The position numbers were made by a program, and so were the translations under genes. Shown here piece by piece: positions 25,829-33,462 of a stretch of 33,462 nucleotides of DNA. The notes under the pieces were generated by a model. The model worked only from the letters and a program-made list of their open reading frames with translations, did no database searches and was not told where the DNA came from. This DNA is from a virus (lineage: Duplodnaviria; Heunggongvirae; Uroviricota; Caudoviricetes). Position 1 is the first letter of the stretch; the number at the start of each line of letters is the position of its first letter. The stretch lies in the IMG/VR virus record IMGVR_UViG_638341087_000016, one strand, 5' to 3'.

Positions 25829-28441
25829 TCATTCTTTAGGGTAGCGACCTTCCGCACCCGCCAGCATTTTTTGATATTCCCAGACCGGATCAAACCGCAG
25901 GTGCGTGGCATCAATGCCGTGGTTATCCCGTAAATGTTCCCATAATTTATTCACCGTCCGTGACTCATTAGGTAATTGACGCGTTATCAACTGGCCGCCA
26001 GCACTGGCTTGATAAAATTTCCCGCCAATCTCCAGACGGCTCCCCATTAACAGCGAAACGGCCTGAATCTCTGAAATCTCAACCAAACACAACGCCGCAT
26101 CAGCCAGCAGACTGGCAACCGCAGGGGCAAGCGCTGCCCGCCTGGCTTTATCAGCCACCGATCTGGCCTCGGTTTTTTCCACGGCAGAACGCCAGGCAAC
26201 ATCTAATTCGCTCCCTGGTTCATAAGGTGATCCGCTGTGCCGCCTTTTGAATGGTGCTTCACGTAGTCGCCGTATCAATTTGCGCCGCGTTGGCTGGTCC
26301 ATATTTTCAAAATCGACGATTTCCTCTTCTGATTCTTCTGTAATACCCTCCACACCAGGCGAAAAATCGGTGATTTTTTCGTCTTCCGTAGAGTTATTGA
26401 CAGAACTCCAAGCGTCGCCGGTTGGCGACGGCAAAAGGTCAACCCCCAAACCGGGGCCGCTTTTGGCCCCAGTGACGGTTTTGGATTTGGCTCGAATTTT
26501 CCACTTAACCAGACGGGTGCAAATACGGGAGGCATCCCCCAGACGCGGCGACCAGACCCCGAAAACCTTTTCGGGGATCTCACAATAAGCATTCATTTCA
26601 TCAGCGGGCTGATAGGCCAGACGGACGACATAGTTTTCTCGCGGGATCAAAACACCACCCTGGCGGATGATGTAAGTAGCAAAGCATCCGACATCGGCAG
26701 CGGCGCAAACCGCATCCATTGCAGGATCCACAAGCAATGGCGCACCACGTTTGAAGGTACTGTCAATTTTCTGTCGGGTCGTGATCTGATTACTAAGTTT
26801 GCGCAGCTCGCGGTAAACCGATATGGGCGGCTGTCCGATGGGCTGAAACTGGCGGATACGGTGAAGCGATGCCCAGGCCATTGCATATTTGGCGCTTTCA
26901 TTCAGCGGCTTGCCGCTTTCGTCGTCCAGTTCACCGGCCAGCGCGTGGCCGTCGATATTCTTCGAAATGTATTTAGCGATGTATGCCGTTGCTGACCCTT
27001 TCCGTGGGTCCATTTTTTTTGACTTGAAACGAGCGCCGGTATTGCGGCCCAGCTCGTCGCGGTCTTCCGCAATGAAGTAGGTGCGAAGGATCGCAACCGT
27101 GGCTTTGACTTGCTCTTGTGGCATAAACAGCAACGCGTGCCAGTGTGGTGTCCCATCGTGATGCGGCTCGGCGACACGGAAGCCATAAGGGCGCAAATCT
27201 TCGCGTTTCAGTTTGGCGGTTGCCCGGTTCCACACACGGCATAAATAGCACTGCGCCTGGGCGACGGTGGAATGATTCCATTTGGCGTTATGGTGGCCGG
27301 ATGCAATATTACTGTGATATTTCGACGGGCAAGTGATTGTCAGGAAGATGCCAACATCGCCGCGACTTTGGGCAACAAGCTCAACCCCAGCCATTCGGGC
27401 CATAAGCTCATGGCGACGAATAGCCGGGTTTGACGTGGATTTATTAATCATGTCCTCAAGTGAGGAAACGTTGCCGTCTTCGTCTACCAGTTCATGACTT
27501 TTGAAAAAATCCCGGTTTTTACGGCGCTGTTCCTGCCACTCGATCAGGCTGGAAGCGCTAACGTATGCGTGCGCTTTTTTATTTACCGCGCCAACGGCTC
27601 GCAGCTGGTTTTCGCGCCAGTCACAACGCAGGCGCCAGATTTTGCGCCCCCACCAGTCAGGCGAAGCCATACGCAAAATGGCCGTACATATCCGATCACG
27701 TTCCCACGGCGCATACCATGCAGGCGGCACAATGCGAAGCGCCAGCATTTCGCGGCCCAGATGACAATAAAGCCAGTCCAGTTCTTCGACGTTCATGTCG
27801 GAAACATTCTGTCCCAGGGCTTCGCATTCCGTCCCCAGCATTTCAGCCATGCGGCTGGCGATCTCATTAGCGGCGCTTAGTGCTTCCCGCTTTGTGAAAT
27901 CAGCCAGCCGTTGCCAGCGCCCGAACCAGTACGCGGCCAGTTCGCCGGTGATATCAGGCGAAACACCTTGCCTTGTGCGCACAACATCAAGACGCAGCAA
28001 TGATTTTTTCACTGTCCCCATAAGAAAATCATTGGTGTGTCTGGTTTCACGGTTGACCCGTAACCACTCAATTTTTTTACGCCAGACTTCACGAATGAAG
28101 AACGGCTCTGATAATAAACGTGCTTCGACACCTTCTGGCGTATTGGCCCAGGCTGCCGCCGTGGCTTTAGCGGCTTCCATTTCTTGCCGGATTATATTTT
28201 GATGGGCGGCCAGTGGCAGGCCGCATGGTTCGTACCTGTCCAGCGCCTGGATGAGCGCATCACGGTCACGAACTTCGGCGGGATTGTAACCGGCACGTTT
28301 GAAGATGTGATCGATATGTTTTTTTACGGCAGGATGATGCGCCACCGCCCCAGCAAGCGGGGCGATTTTTTTCGGTTCATAGATGTACGGGCCAACAGCT
28401 GGACGCGGTGCGTTCCAAGGCCATGCGAAAGCGTTAGTCAT
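25829..28441 (-). CDS. A: Replication initiation protein A (rolling-circle nickase)
   Basis: 870 aa containing ATAYIAKYISKNIDG, the active-site tyrosine motif of P2 gpA-type initiators. Confidence 0.85.
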   Translation of the reverse strand: MTNAFAWPWNAPRPAVGPYIYEPKKIAPLAGAVAHHPAVKKHIDHIFKRAGYNPAEVRDRDALIQALDRYEPCGLPLAAHQNIIRQEMEAAKATAAAWANTPEGVEARLLSEPFFIREVWRKKIEWLRVNRETRHTNDFLMGTVKKSLLRLDVVRTRQGVSPDITGELAAYWFGRWQRLADFTKREALSAANEIASRMAEMLGTECEALGQNVSDMNVEELDWLYCHLGREMLALRIVPPAWYAPWERDRICTAILRMASPDWWGRKIWRLRCDWRENQLRAVGAVNKKAHAYVSASSLIEWQEQRRKNRDFFKSHELVDEDGNVSSLEDMINKSTSNPAIRRHELMARMAGVELVAQSRGDVGIFLTITCPSKYHSNIASGHHNAKWNHSTVAQAQCYLCRVWNRATAKLKREDLRPYGFRVAEPHHDGTPHWHALLFMPQEQVKATVAILRTYFIAEDRDELGRNTGARFKSKKMDPRKGSATAYIAKYISKNIDGHALAGELDDESGKPLNESAKYAMAWASLHRIRQFQPIGQPPISVYRELRKLSNQITTRQKIDSTFKRGAPLLVDPAMDAVCAAADVGCFATYIIRQGGVLIPRENYVVRLAYQPADEMNAYCEIPEKVFGVWSPRLGDASRICTRLVKWKIRAKSKTVTGAKSGPGLGVDLLPSPTGDAWSSVNNSTEDEKITDFSPGVEGITEESEEEIVDFENMDQPTRRKLIRRLREAPFKRRHSGSPYEPGSELDVAWRSAVEKTEARSVADKARRAALAPAVASLLADAALCLVEISEIQAVSLLMGSRLEIGGKFYQASAGGQLITRQLPNESRTVNKLWEHLRDNHGIDATHLRFDPVWEYQKMLAGAEGRYPKE

Positions 28442-29328
28442 TCACATATGCCCGTAGAAGTCGCAACCTTGAGAATACCGATCACCTCACTGGCGGCCCC
28501 TCGGGTAATGGCGTTCGCGCTGACAGAACGGTTAACGCTAATTTCCTGGAAGTTGAAAGAGCGATAAATCTCGCAGGTGGCTGGGGTGTCGCTATTGGAC
28601 AGGATCACCGGCGAACCAGTAAGGCGGTTAATATCCAGCAGAGCGGCAGCTAACTGGCGATGCTCTTTAATCCCAAACGGGGCGGTGTGGTATTGGGTGA
28701 AATTAGCGGTTTCGCTTGTTGGCAGGTATGGCGGATCGCAATAGATAACCGCGTCACTACCAATCATGATTTTTAACGTGCTCTGGAAATCGCAGCACAC
28801 GAAAATAGCTTTCGTGTCGTTAGCTTTTTCAGAGAATAAACGGATTTGTTCTTCCGGGAAGTAAGGCGGGGTTTTGTGACGCCCAAAGGGAACGTTATAT
28901 CCACCCTGTTGGTTGTAGCGTACTACGCCGTTATATCCGTGACGGTTCAGGTAAAGAAATTGTGCTGCACGAAGAATCTTGCCCGCGTCCGGCCCATCTT
29001 CAAACACACTGCGCAATGACAGTAGGTCACGGGCGCGGGCGTTGAAATCATCGCGGATCCACTTATAGCCGTCTTTATCGCCGTACACTTTAAACAGTGG
29101 GCGAGCAGCGTCGATCACCGCATCAGGCCAGCGGGTTATCTGGCGATACAGGTTAATTAAATCTGGGTTGATATCACCCAGGATATAACGGCGATATTCA
29201 GTATTGAGGAAAACAGAAGCACCGCCGACAAACGGTTCCACCAGGCAATCGGCTTTCGGCAGAATCGGCAGCAAATCAGGCATAACGCGGCCTTTACCAC
29301 CGGGCCATTTAACGAGAGATCGAATCAT
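28438..29328 (-). CDS. dam: DNA adenine methyltransferase (Dam-like)
   Basis: 296 aa with KWPGGK near the N-terminus and a DPPY catalytic motif; stop overlaps the A start in ATGA. Confidence 0.85.
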   Translation of the reverse strand: MIRSLVKWPGGKGRVMPDLLPILPKADCLVEPFVGGASVFLNTEYRRYILGDINPDLINLYRQITRWPDAVIDAARPLFKVYGDKDGYKWIRDDFNARARDLLSLRSVFEDGPDAGKILRAAQFLYLNRHGYNGVVRYNQQGGYNVPFGRHKTPPYFPEEQIRLFSEKANDTKAIFVCCDFQSTLKIMIGSDAVIYCDPPYLPTSETANFTQYHTAPFGIKEHRQLAAALLDINRLTGSPVILSNSDTPATCEIYRSFNFQEISVNRSVSANAITRGAASEVIGILKVATSTGICE

Positions 29329-29398
29329 TTTTACTTTCTCCAGGGTGCAAGAAGCCCGACGCGTTAGCGCCTGTTTCTTTTTTGTGGGTAGTTAGTTG

Positions 29399-29788
29399 TT
29401 AATTTACTGCGTTATCTGGCGCGGGTGGTTTGTCGCGTATCGCCTGAATTTCGGCGCGTGGTGCGGCGTAGTCCTCAAATTCCCACGGCATTGATGCTGC
29501 AAATTCGGAAAGGCGCTTAATGCCCATCAAAAGGCACGTTTGCTCCTTTTCGGTTAGATTTTCGTAAGTACAACCCAGCTGTTTGGCGGTCAGCTTCGGC
29601 ATTCCGGCTATGTATCTGGACGCATCGTTTGCCAGGATGAAAATCACCTTTTTACAGGCATCATCCAGGCGGTTAAAACGGGTTGCAGTGTCGTTCACGC
29701 GTGAGACGTTCAAACTTGCTTGCAGTCGAGCCCGTTGCTCTAAGAACTGGCGACGGCCTGGCTGTTGTCCTGTCTTATCCATCAACAT
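29399..29788 (-). CDS. Hypothetical early-region protein
   Basis: ORF in the early operon; start placed at ATG 29786-29788, 5 nt downstream of GGGGAGG. Confidence 0.45.
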   Translation of the reverse strand: MLMDKTGQQPGRRQFLEQRARLQASLNVSRVNDTATRFNRLDDACKKVIFILANDASRYIAGMPKLTAKQLGCTYENLTEKEQTCLLMGIKRLSEFAASMPWEFEDYAAPRAEIQAIRDKPPAPDNAVN

Positions 29789-29803
29789 AACCACCTCCCC
29801 GAA

Positions 29804-30025
29804 CTACGCAAAGATGCCCATTAAGCGGGAAAACCAGCGGCGCTTATTACGCGGGCGCGACATAAACGGTACACGGCAGTTTTTAACAAATTGAACATCT
29901 GCCGCTTTAGGCTGGAAGAACCGCCCGTCCGGGGTTTCAATCCAGCCGCGTTGATGCTGACGGTGGGTGATCTGCTGGCCGTGGGTGAGCAGGCTGGCGA
30001 GTGAAGGGCACTGTGTTAAGTCCAT
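29804..30025 (-). CDS. Hypothetical small early-region protein
   Basis: Start placed at ATG 30023-30025 with GGAG 6 nt upstream; 73 aa. Confidence 0.35.
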   Translation of the reverse strand: MDLTQCPSLASLLTHGQQITHRQHQRGWIETPDGRFFQPKAADVQFVKNCRVPFMSRPRNKRRWFSRLMGIFA

Positions 30026-30163
30026 GTTGATCTCCGTCATATTGAAAAGATGCCGGGATATAACCCCACGCCCGGCACGTGTTTCCTGTGATAACATCGC
30101 TATGCCTGTGTAACTTTGAGCAGTGAATCAGGCATAACAATCACCAACACAGAAGGAGTTGTA

Positions 30164-30643
30164 ATGAAATTCAATGTGTTTTTTAAAAAAGACCACGGAT
30201 CACACTGGGTACTTTCCGATGGTTCCCCCCTCTTTGAAAGTCCACTATTTGAAACAAGACCTAAAGCCATTGATGACCTTGAGAACTTTGTAGGCCTTAT
30301 GGAATCGCCAATTTTTATTAAGGCTGGTGACGATATTAATTCTGGCGATACAGAAAACTGTCCATCTGTAGTTATTTCTTTAAAACAGCATGAATCGCTA
30401 TGGGGCTGGGAGTTATTTATCTCAAAAAATGGACAACTGTCTAAAGTTACCGAAAGTTCAGGTAATGGCTTTGACTCATTAGAATTAGCAAAGCAAAGTG
30501 CCCAGTTTTTTATTAATGCCATTATCGACGCTCCTATTCTGGATCAAGCCGATGTCGCTATCCCCGGTATGCACTTCTCAAAATCTTTCGAGGAAACGCA
30601 CCACATTGGTGACATTCACCCATCCAGTAAATGGTTCAAATAA
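30164..30643 (+). CDS. Tandem YegP-like (DUF1508-like) protein, AT-rich moron
   Basis: ATG at 30164 preceded by AGGAG; two repeats matching the YegP pattern as I recall it; opposite strand to the surrounding early operon. Confidence 0.45.
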   Translation: MKFNVFFKKDHGSHWVLSDGSPLFESPLFETRPKAIDDLENFVGLMESPIFIKAGDDINSGDTENCPSVVISLKQHESLWGWELFISKNGQLSKVTESSGNGFDSLELAKQSAQFFINAIIDAPILDQADVAIPGMHFSKSFEETHHIGDIHPSSKWFK

Positions 30644-30647
30644 TCCA

Positions 30648-30995
30648 TCACTGCGGCGTTATCGTTTTTCTTGTGCGAGGTGGAACATCTCGCACGGTTT
30701 CTTCATCAACCATCAACTCATAAATTCTGATGCTGTTATCACCGTTTGATACGTCATCAAATACCTGAAAAAGAAAACTCATGAACTGCTCATAAGTGAC
30801 GCTGGGTTCAACATACCCACCAGTAACCTCAATTAACGGTGTTAGCCCTGAATTATCTGCTAAAGAAACGCAGTCCAACTTATCCAAACGGAAAAAGTAA
30901 TTACCGCAAGGCGTTCTTTTGTCCTTAATCCGTATAAATACATTTGATAACGCTGTATGACTATCTGAGAGCTTAAAGATTTTTGCCGTGTCCAT
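30648..30995 (-). CDS. Hypothetical protein, AT-rich, immediately downstream of cox
   Basis: 115-aa ORF convergent with the YegP-like gene; no recognisable motif. Confidence 0.45.
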   Translation of the reverse strand: MDTAKIFKLSDSHTALSNVFIRIKDKRTPCGNYFFRLDKLDCVSLADNSGLTPLIEVTGGYVEPSVTYEQFMSFLFQVFDDVSNGDNSIRIYELMVDEETVRDVPPRTRKTITPQ

Positions 30996-31017
30996 TTTAT
31001 TCAGCCCTGTAAGTTGC

Positions 31018-31293
31018 TTATGATGGATTGCCCAGACCCAACCACATTAACCACCCTTCCCTAATTTCCTTGGGACGACTCTCATACGCCATTTTCATTC
31101 CGTTGTTCCAGGCTGGGAGGTAGACCCAGTACTCACCTGCCCGCCCTGAAGTTGATTGCGGATCAGTCATCTCAACTACGGGTAGCTTTCCTTTTTCAAT
31201 CATTCCCCTTACTGCTGCCGGTGTTTTGCCGATCAGTTTTGCAAACTCCTGGTACGGGACAGCATCACTAATACTGACAACTTGTTTGCTCAT
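31018..31293 (-). CDS. cox: Cox (excisionase / early repressor of Pc)
   Basis: 91 aa closely matching P2 Cox (MSKQV...PYQEFAKLIGK...GRAGEYWVYLPAWNNG...WLMWLGLG); GAGG upstream. Confidence 0.9.
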   Translation of the reverse strand: MSKQVVSISDAVPYQEFAKLIGKTPAAVRGMIEKGKLPVVEMTDPQSTSGRAGEYWVYLPAWNNGMKMAYESRPKEIREGWLMWLGLGNPS

Positions 31294-31416
31294 CTGCTAA
31301 CCTCGTATCTAGATCTAACCAATGGGTTTCAAAGTTCTTTAATGGGCTTTGATGCACATTGACAACATCTAAAACCACATTAGAGAGTTTCGATAATATT
31401 AGAGGATCTTGATAAC
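31294..31416. promoter_or_regulatory. C/cox lysogeny-lysis switch region with divergent promoters and direct-repeat operator candidates
   Basis: Direct repeats AATGGGYTT at 31321-31329 and 31341-31349; consensus TTGACA at 31359-31364 on the plus strand; AGATCT palindrome near 31309-31316. Confidence 0.6.
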
Positions 31417-31716
31417 ATGTCAACGCCCATAAGCGAAAAACTAGCGTTAGTTCGTGAGTCTGAGCGACTAAACCGGAAGCAATTCGCTGAAATAACAGGA
31501 GTTCCTTACAGTTCTCTAACTTATTATGAGAGCGGAAGAACTACGCCCCCCACTGACGTAACAATGAAAATTCTCCAGCACCCCAGATTTAGCAAATACA
31601 CGTTGTGGTTTATGACCGATCAGGTTGCTCCCGAAGCCGGTCAGATAGCACCGGCCCTCGCACACTTTGGGCAAGATGTAACAACATCGCAGCACTCAGA
31701 CCAAAAGATTGGTTAA
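31417..31716 (+). CDS. C: Immunity repressor C
   Basis: 99 aa closely matching P2 C (GVPY..L.YYESGR.TPPTDV...YTLWFMT.Q.APE.GQIAPALAHFGQ); AGAGGA upstream. Confidence 0.9.
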   Translation: MSTPISEKLALVRESERLNRKQFAEITGVPYSSLTYYESGRTTPPTDVTMKILQHPRFSKYTLWFMTDQVAPEAGQIAPALAHFGQDVTTSQHSDQKIG

Positions 31717-31861
31717 CCATTCACCAGGCGCATCTTTATTACAAAATTTGTTTACTTGTTGCCAAATACAACAAGCACAACAAGTTTGTGAAATCTAAGC
31801 GCAAGGGAAAATTAACAGCAGCAAAGAAAACACAACCTAGCACCATTCATTTGGGGGTCTT

Positions 31862-32875
31862 ATGACAATTAAGAAACTCGATGATGGTCGTTATGAAGTG
31901 GACATCAGACCTGCAGGGCGCAACGGAAAGCGCATCCGCAGGAAATTTGACAAGAAAAGTGAGGCTGTAGCTTTTGAGAAACACACTCAATACAACCATC
32001 ACGATAAAGAATGGTTGGCTAAACCGACAGATAAGCGGCATCTGTCTGAATTAACGAAAGTCTGGTGGGATCTGAAAGGCAAGCATGAAGAACACGGAAA
32101 ATCTAATTTGGGTAAGATTGAAATCTTTACCCGGATCACTGATGACCCTTGCGCGTTCCAGATAACCAAAGCGCTTATTAGCCAGTACAGCATGACTCGC
32201 AGAGGGCAAGGCATAAAACCGACCAGTATTAACCGCGATCTTACCTGCCTGAGTGGTATGTTTACTGCGCTAATTGATGCGGAATTGTTCTTTGGTGAAC
32301 ATCCTTTCAGAGGGATGAAAAAGCTCAAGGAGCAGAAACCAGAAACCGGCTATCTGACGCAGGAAGAAATAACATTGTTGCTTGCCAATCTTGACGGGGA
32401 CAACAAGAAAATCGCGATTCTCTGTTTAAGTACCGGCGCTCGATGGGGTGAGGCCGCGAAACTGAAAGCTGAGAACGTAATACAGAATCGGGTGACGTTC
32501 GTTAAAACAAAGACGAACAAACCGCGTACTGTCCCTATCTCTGAGGAAGTGGCTGTAATGATTGCGGGTAAAGGTTATCTGTTCCCTGATGCCTCATACC
32601 CGAAGTTCAGGCGAACAATGAAAGATGTAAAACCAGATCTACCGGACGGGCAAGCAACTCACGCATTGCGTCACAGTTTTGCTACCCACTTTATGATTAA
32701 CGGCGGGAGTATCATCACCTTGCAGAGAATACTGGGACATTCACGGATAGAGCAGACAATGGTTTATGCGCACTTTGCCCCGGAGTATCTTCAGGATGCT
32801 GTTTCACTCAATCCGCTACGTGGTGGTGTTGACTCCCAGAGTGTCCACACTGTGTCCACACTGTGTCCACAGTAG
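31862..32875 (+). CDS. int: Tyrosine integrase (P2 Int-like)
   Basis: 337 aa with near-identity to P2 Int over long stretches (KKLDDGRYEVDIRP.GRNGKRIRRKFDKKSEAVAFEK; HALRHSFATHFMINGGSIITLQRILGH.RIEQTMVYAHFAPEYLQDA). Confidence 0.95.
   Translation: MTIKKLDDGRYEVDIRPAGRNGKRIRRKFDKKSEAVAFEKHTQYNHHDKEWLAKPTDKRHLSELTKVWWDLKGKHEEHGKSNLGKIEIFTRITDDPCAFQITKALISQYSMTRRGQGIKPTSINRDLTCLSGMFTALIDAELFFGEHPFRGMKKLKEQKPETGYLTQEEITLLLANLDGDNKKIAILCLSTGARWGEAAKLKAENVIQNRVTFVKTKTNKPRTVPISEEVAVMIAGKGYLFPDASYPKFRRTMKDVKPDLPDGQATHALRHSFATHFMINGGSIITLQRILGHSRIEQTMVYAHFAPEYLQDAVSLNPLRGGVDSQSVHTVSTLCPQ
32841..32872 (+). repeat. 11-bp tandem direct repeat (gtgtccacact, about 2.9 copies) at the 3-prime end of int
   Basis: gtgtccacact gtgtccacact gtgtccacag, immediately before the int stop codon. 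Confidence 0.8.
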
Positions 32876-32964
32876 GGTAGTTTATTATGGCTTTCAGTGG
32901 TCTTGCGTGCCGCACAAACCCGCATTGCACCGCTGAAAGCCCATGTTACCTACCCTGAAAAACG

Positions 32965-32986
32965 CCCTTACACGGGCTTATTTTTT
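32965..32986 (+). other. Prophage attachment-site core (P2 locI / cyaR 3-prime terminator type)
   Basis: CCCTTACACGGGCTTATTTTTT matches the 3-prime end of the P2 att core / cyaR terminator as I recall it; lies about 90 bp downstream of int. Confidence 0.65.
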
Positions 32987-33144
32987 ATGCATAAGCCCTA
33001 TCCCTGGTCACCGTCTTCCATTGACCACATCGATAGAATCTCCCTTCATAGCACGATGCCTTTCACGTAACGGCATCGTGCTCGCACAGGTTCCGGCTAA
33101 GCACAACCAGAACGCGCATGTTTGACGCTTACCAAAAAATATTC

Positions 33145-33462
33145 TCACTCTCCACATTTGAATGTCAGACGAGCGACGCCATGTAATCCTGCACCTTCTG
33201 TCTTCAGGTCAACTATCTGCATTTTTTTGCCCTGAGTAACACAGAAATGGGCTGCATCATTTTTTACTATATTTTCTGCACCAGATATTCTGCCCCTGGC
33301 TAAAGAAGCTTCGGCTTCGGTGTAGTATTGGTTATCGAGTTTACGCTGAATATTACTTTTATATGCAAGACCAAATTTACCGATACTTGTCTCATCATTA
33401 TGCACAGCACAACCAGACATAATAAAAATACTAATTAATGATATAGCAGCTATCTTTTTCAT
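33145..33462 (-). CDS. yegR: Host lipoprotein of unknown function (probably yegR)
   Basis: 105 aa with a signal peptide and MSGC lipobox; outside the att core; size and locus context fit E. coli yegR next to the P2 locI site. Confidence 0.5.
   Translation of the reverse strand: MKKIAAISLISIFIMSGCAVHNDETSIGKFGLAYKSNIQRKLDNQYYTEAEASLARGRISGAENIVKNDAAHFCVTQGKKMQIVDLKTEGAGLHGVARLTFKCGE

Larger units (their letters stand above)
1..32986. mobile_element. P2-family prophage (P2-type int/C/cox/A/head module with a non-P2 tail gene order); left boundary lies beyond the window
   Basis: Contiguous Int, C, Cox, A, Q, P, O, N, M, L homologues recognised from translations; att core at 32965-32986; no second att core found left of gene D. 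Confidence 0.8.

Noticed and set aside
30116-30163. Upstream TTG start proposed by the ORF track for the YegP-like gene
   Set aside because: The ATG at 30164 has a proper AGGAG ribosome-binding site and the extension adds no conserved sequence.
1-33462. CRISPR arrays, rRNA and tRNA genes
   Set aside because: No regularly spaced direct repeats of 25-40 bp were seen and no tRNA-like or rRNA-like sequence was evident; the att core matches the cyaR-type site rather than a tRNA 3-prime end. This was a scan by eye, not a covariance search.

Overview
This window is almost entirely one P2-family temperate myovirus prophage, read right to left in P2 map order, ending at the right in an att core next to a host lipoprotein gene (probably yegR). 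All calls rest on reading the six-frame translations and recalling P2 proteins; no database search was run. Right to left: integrase, repressor C and Cox switch, an early region with AT-rich morons, a Dam methyltransferase and replication gene A, then a cos-like element. Between cos/A and the head genes sits a very AT-rich island holding a single 930-aa membrane-anchored protein of no recognisable family. It occupies the position where P2 carries its anti-phage genes tin and old, and is the best candidate for a novel defence system here. The head module is P2-type (Q, P divergent from O, N, M, L), with an Ogr/Delta-like zinc-finger gene coupled to Q. The tail module is not in P2 order: R/S-like genes, sheath, tube, a lysis cassette, chaperone with a -1 frameshift site, tape measure, baseplate, fibre, and a gpD-like protein with a spike-like tail. 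The tape measure gene carries a single in-frame TAG. An AT-rich AbiH-like gene lies at the left edge. No rRNA, tRNA or CRISPR array was seen.
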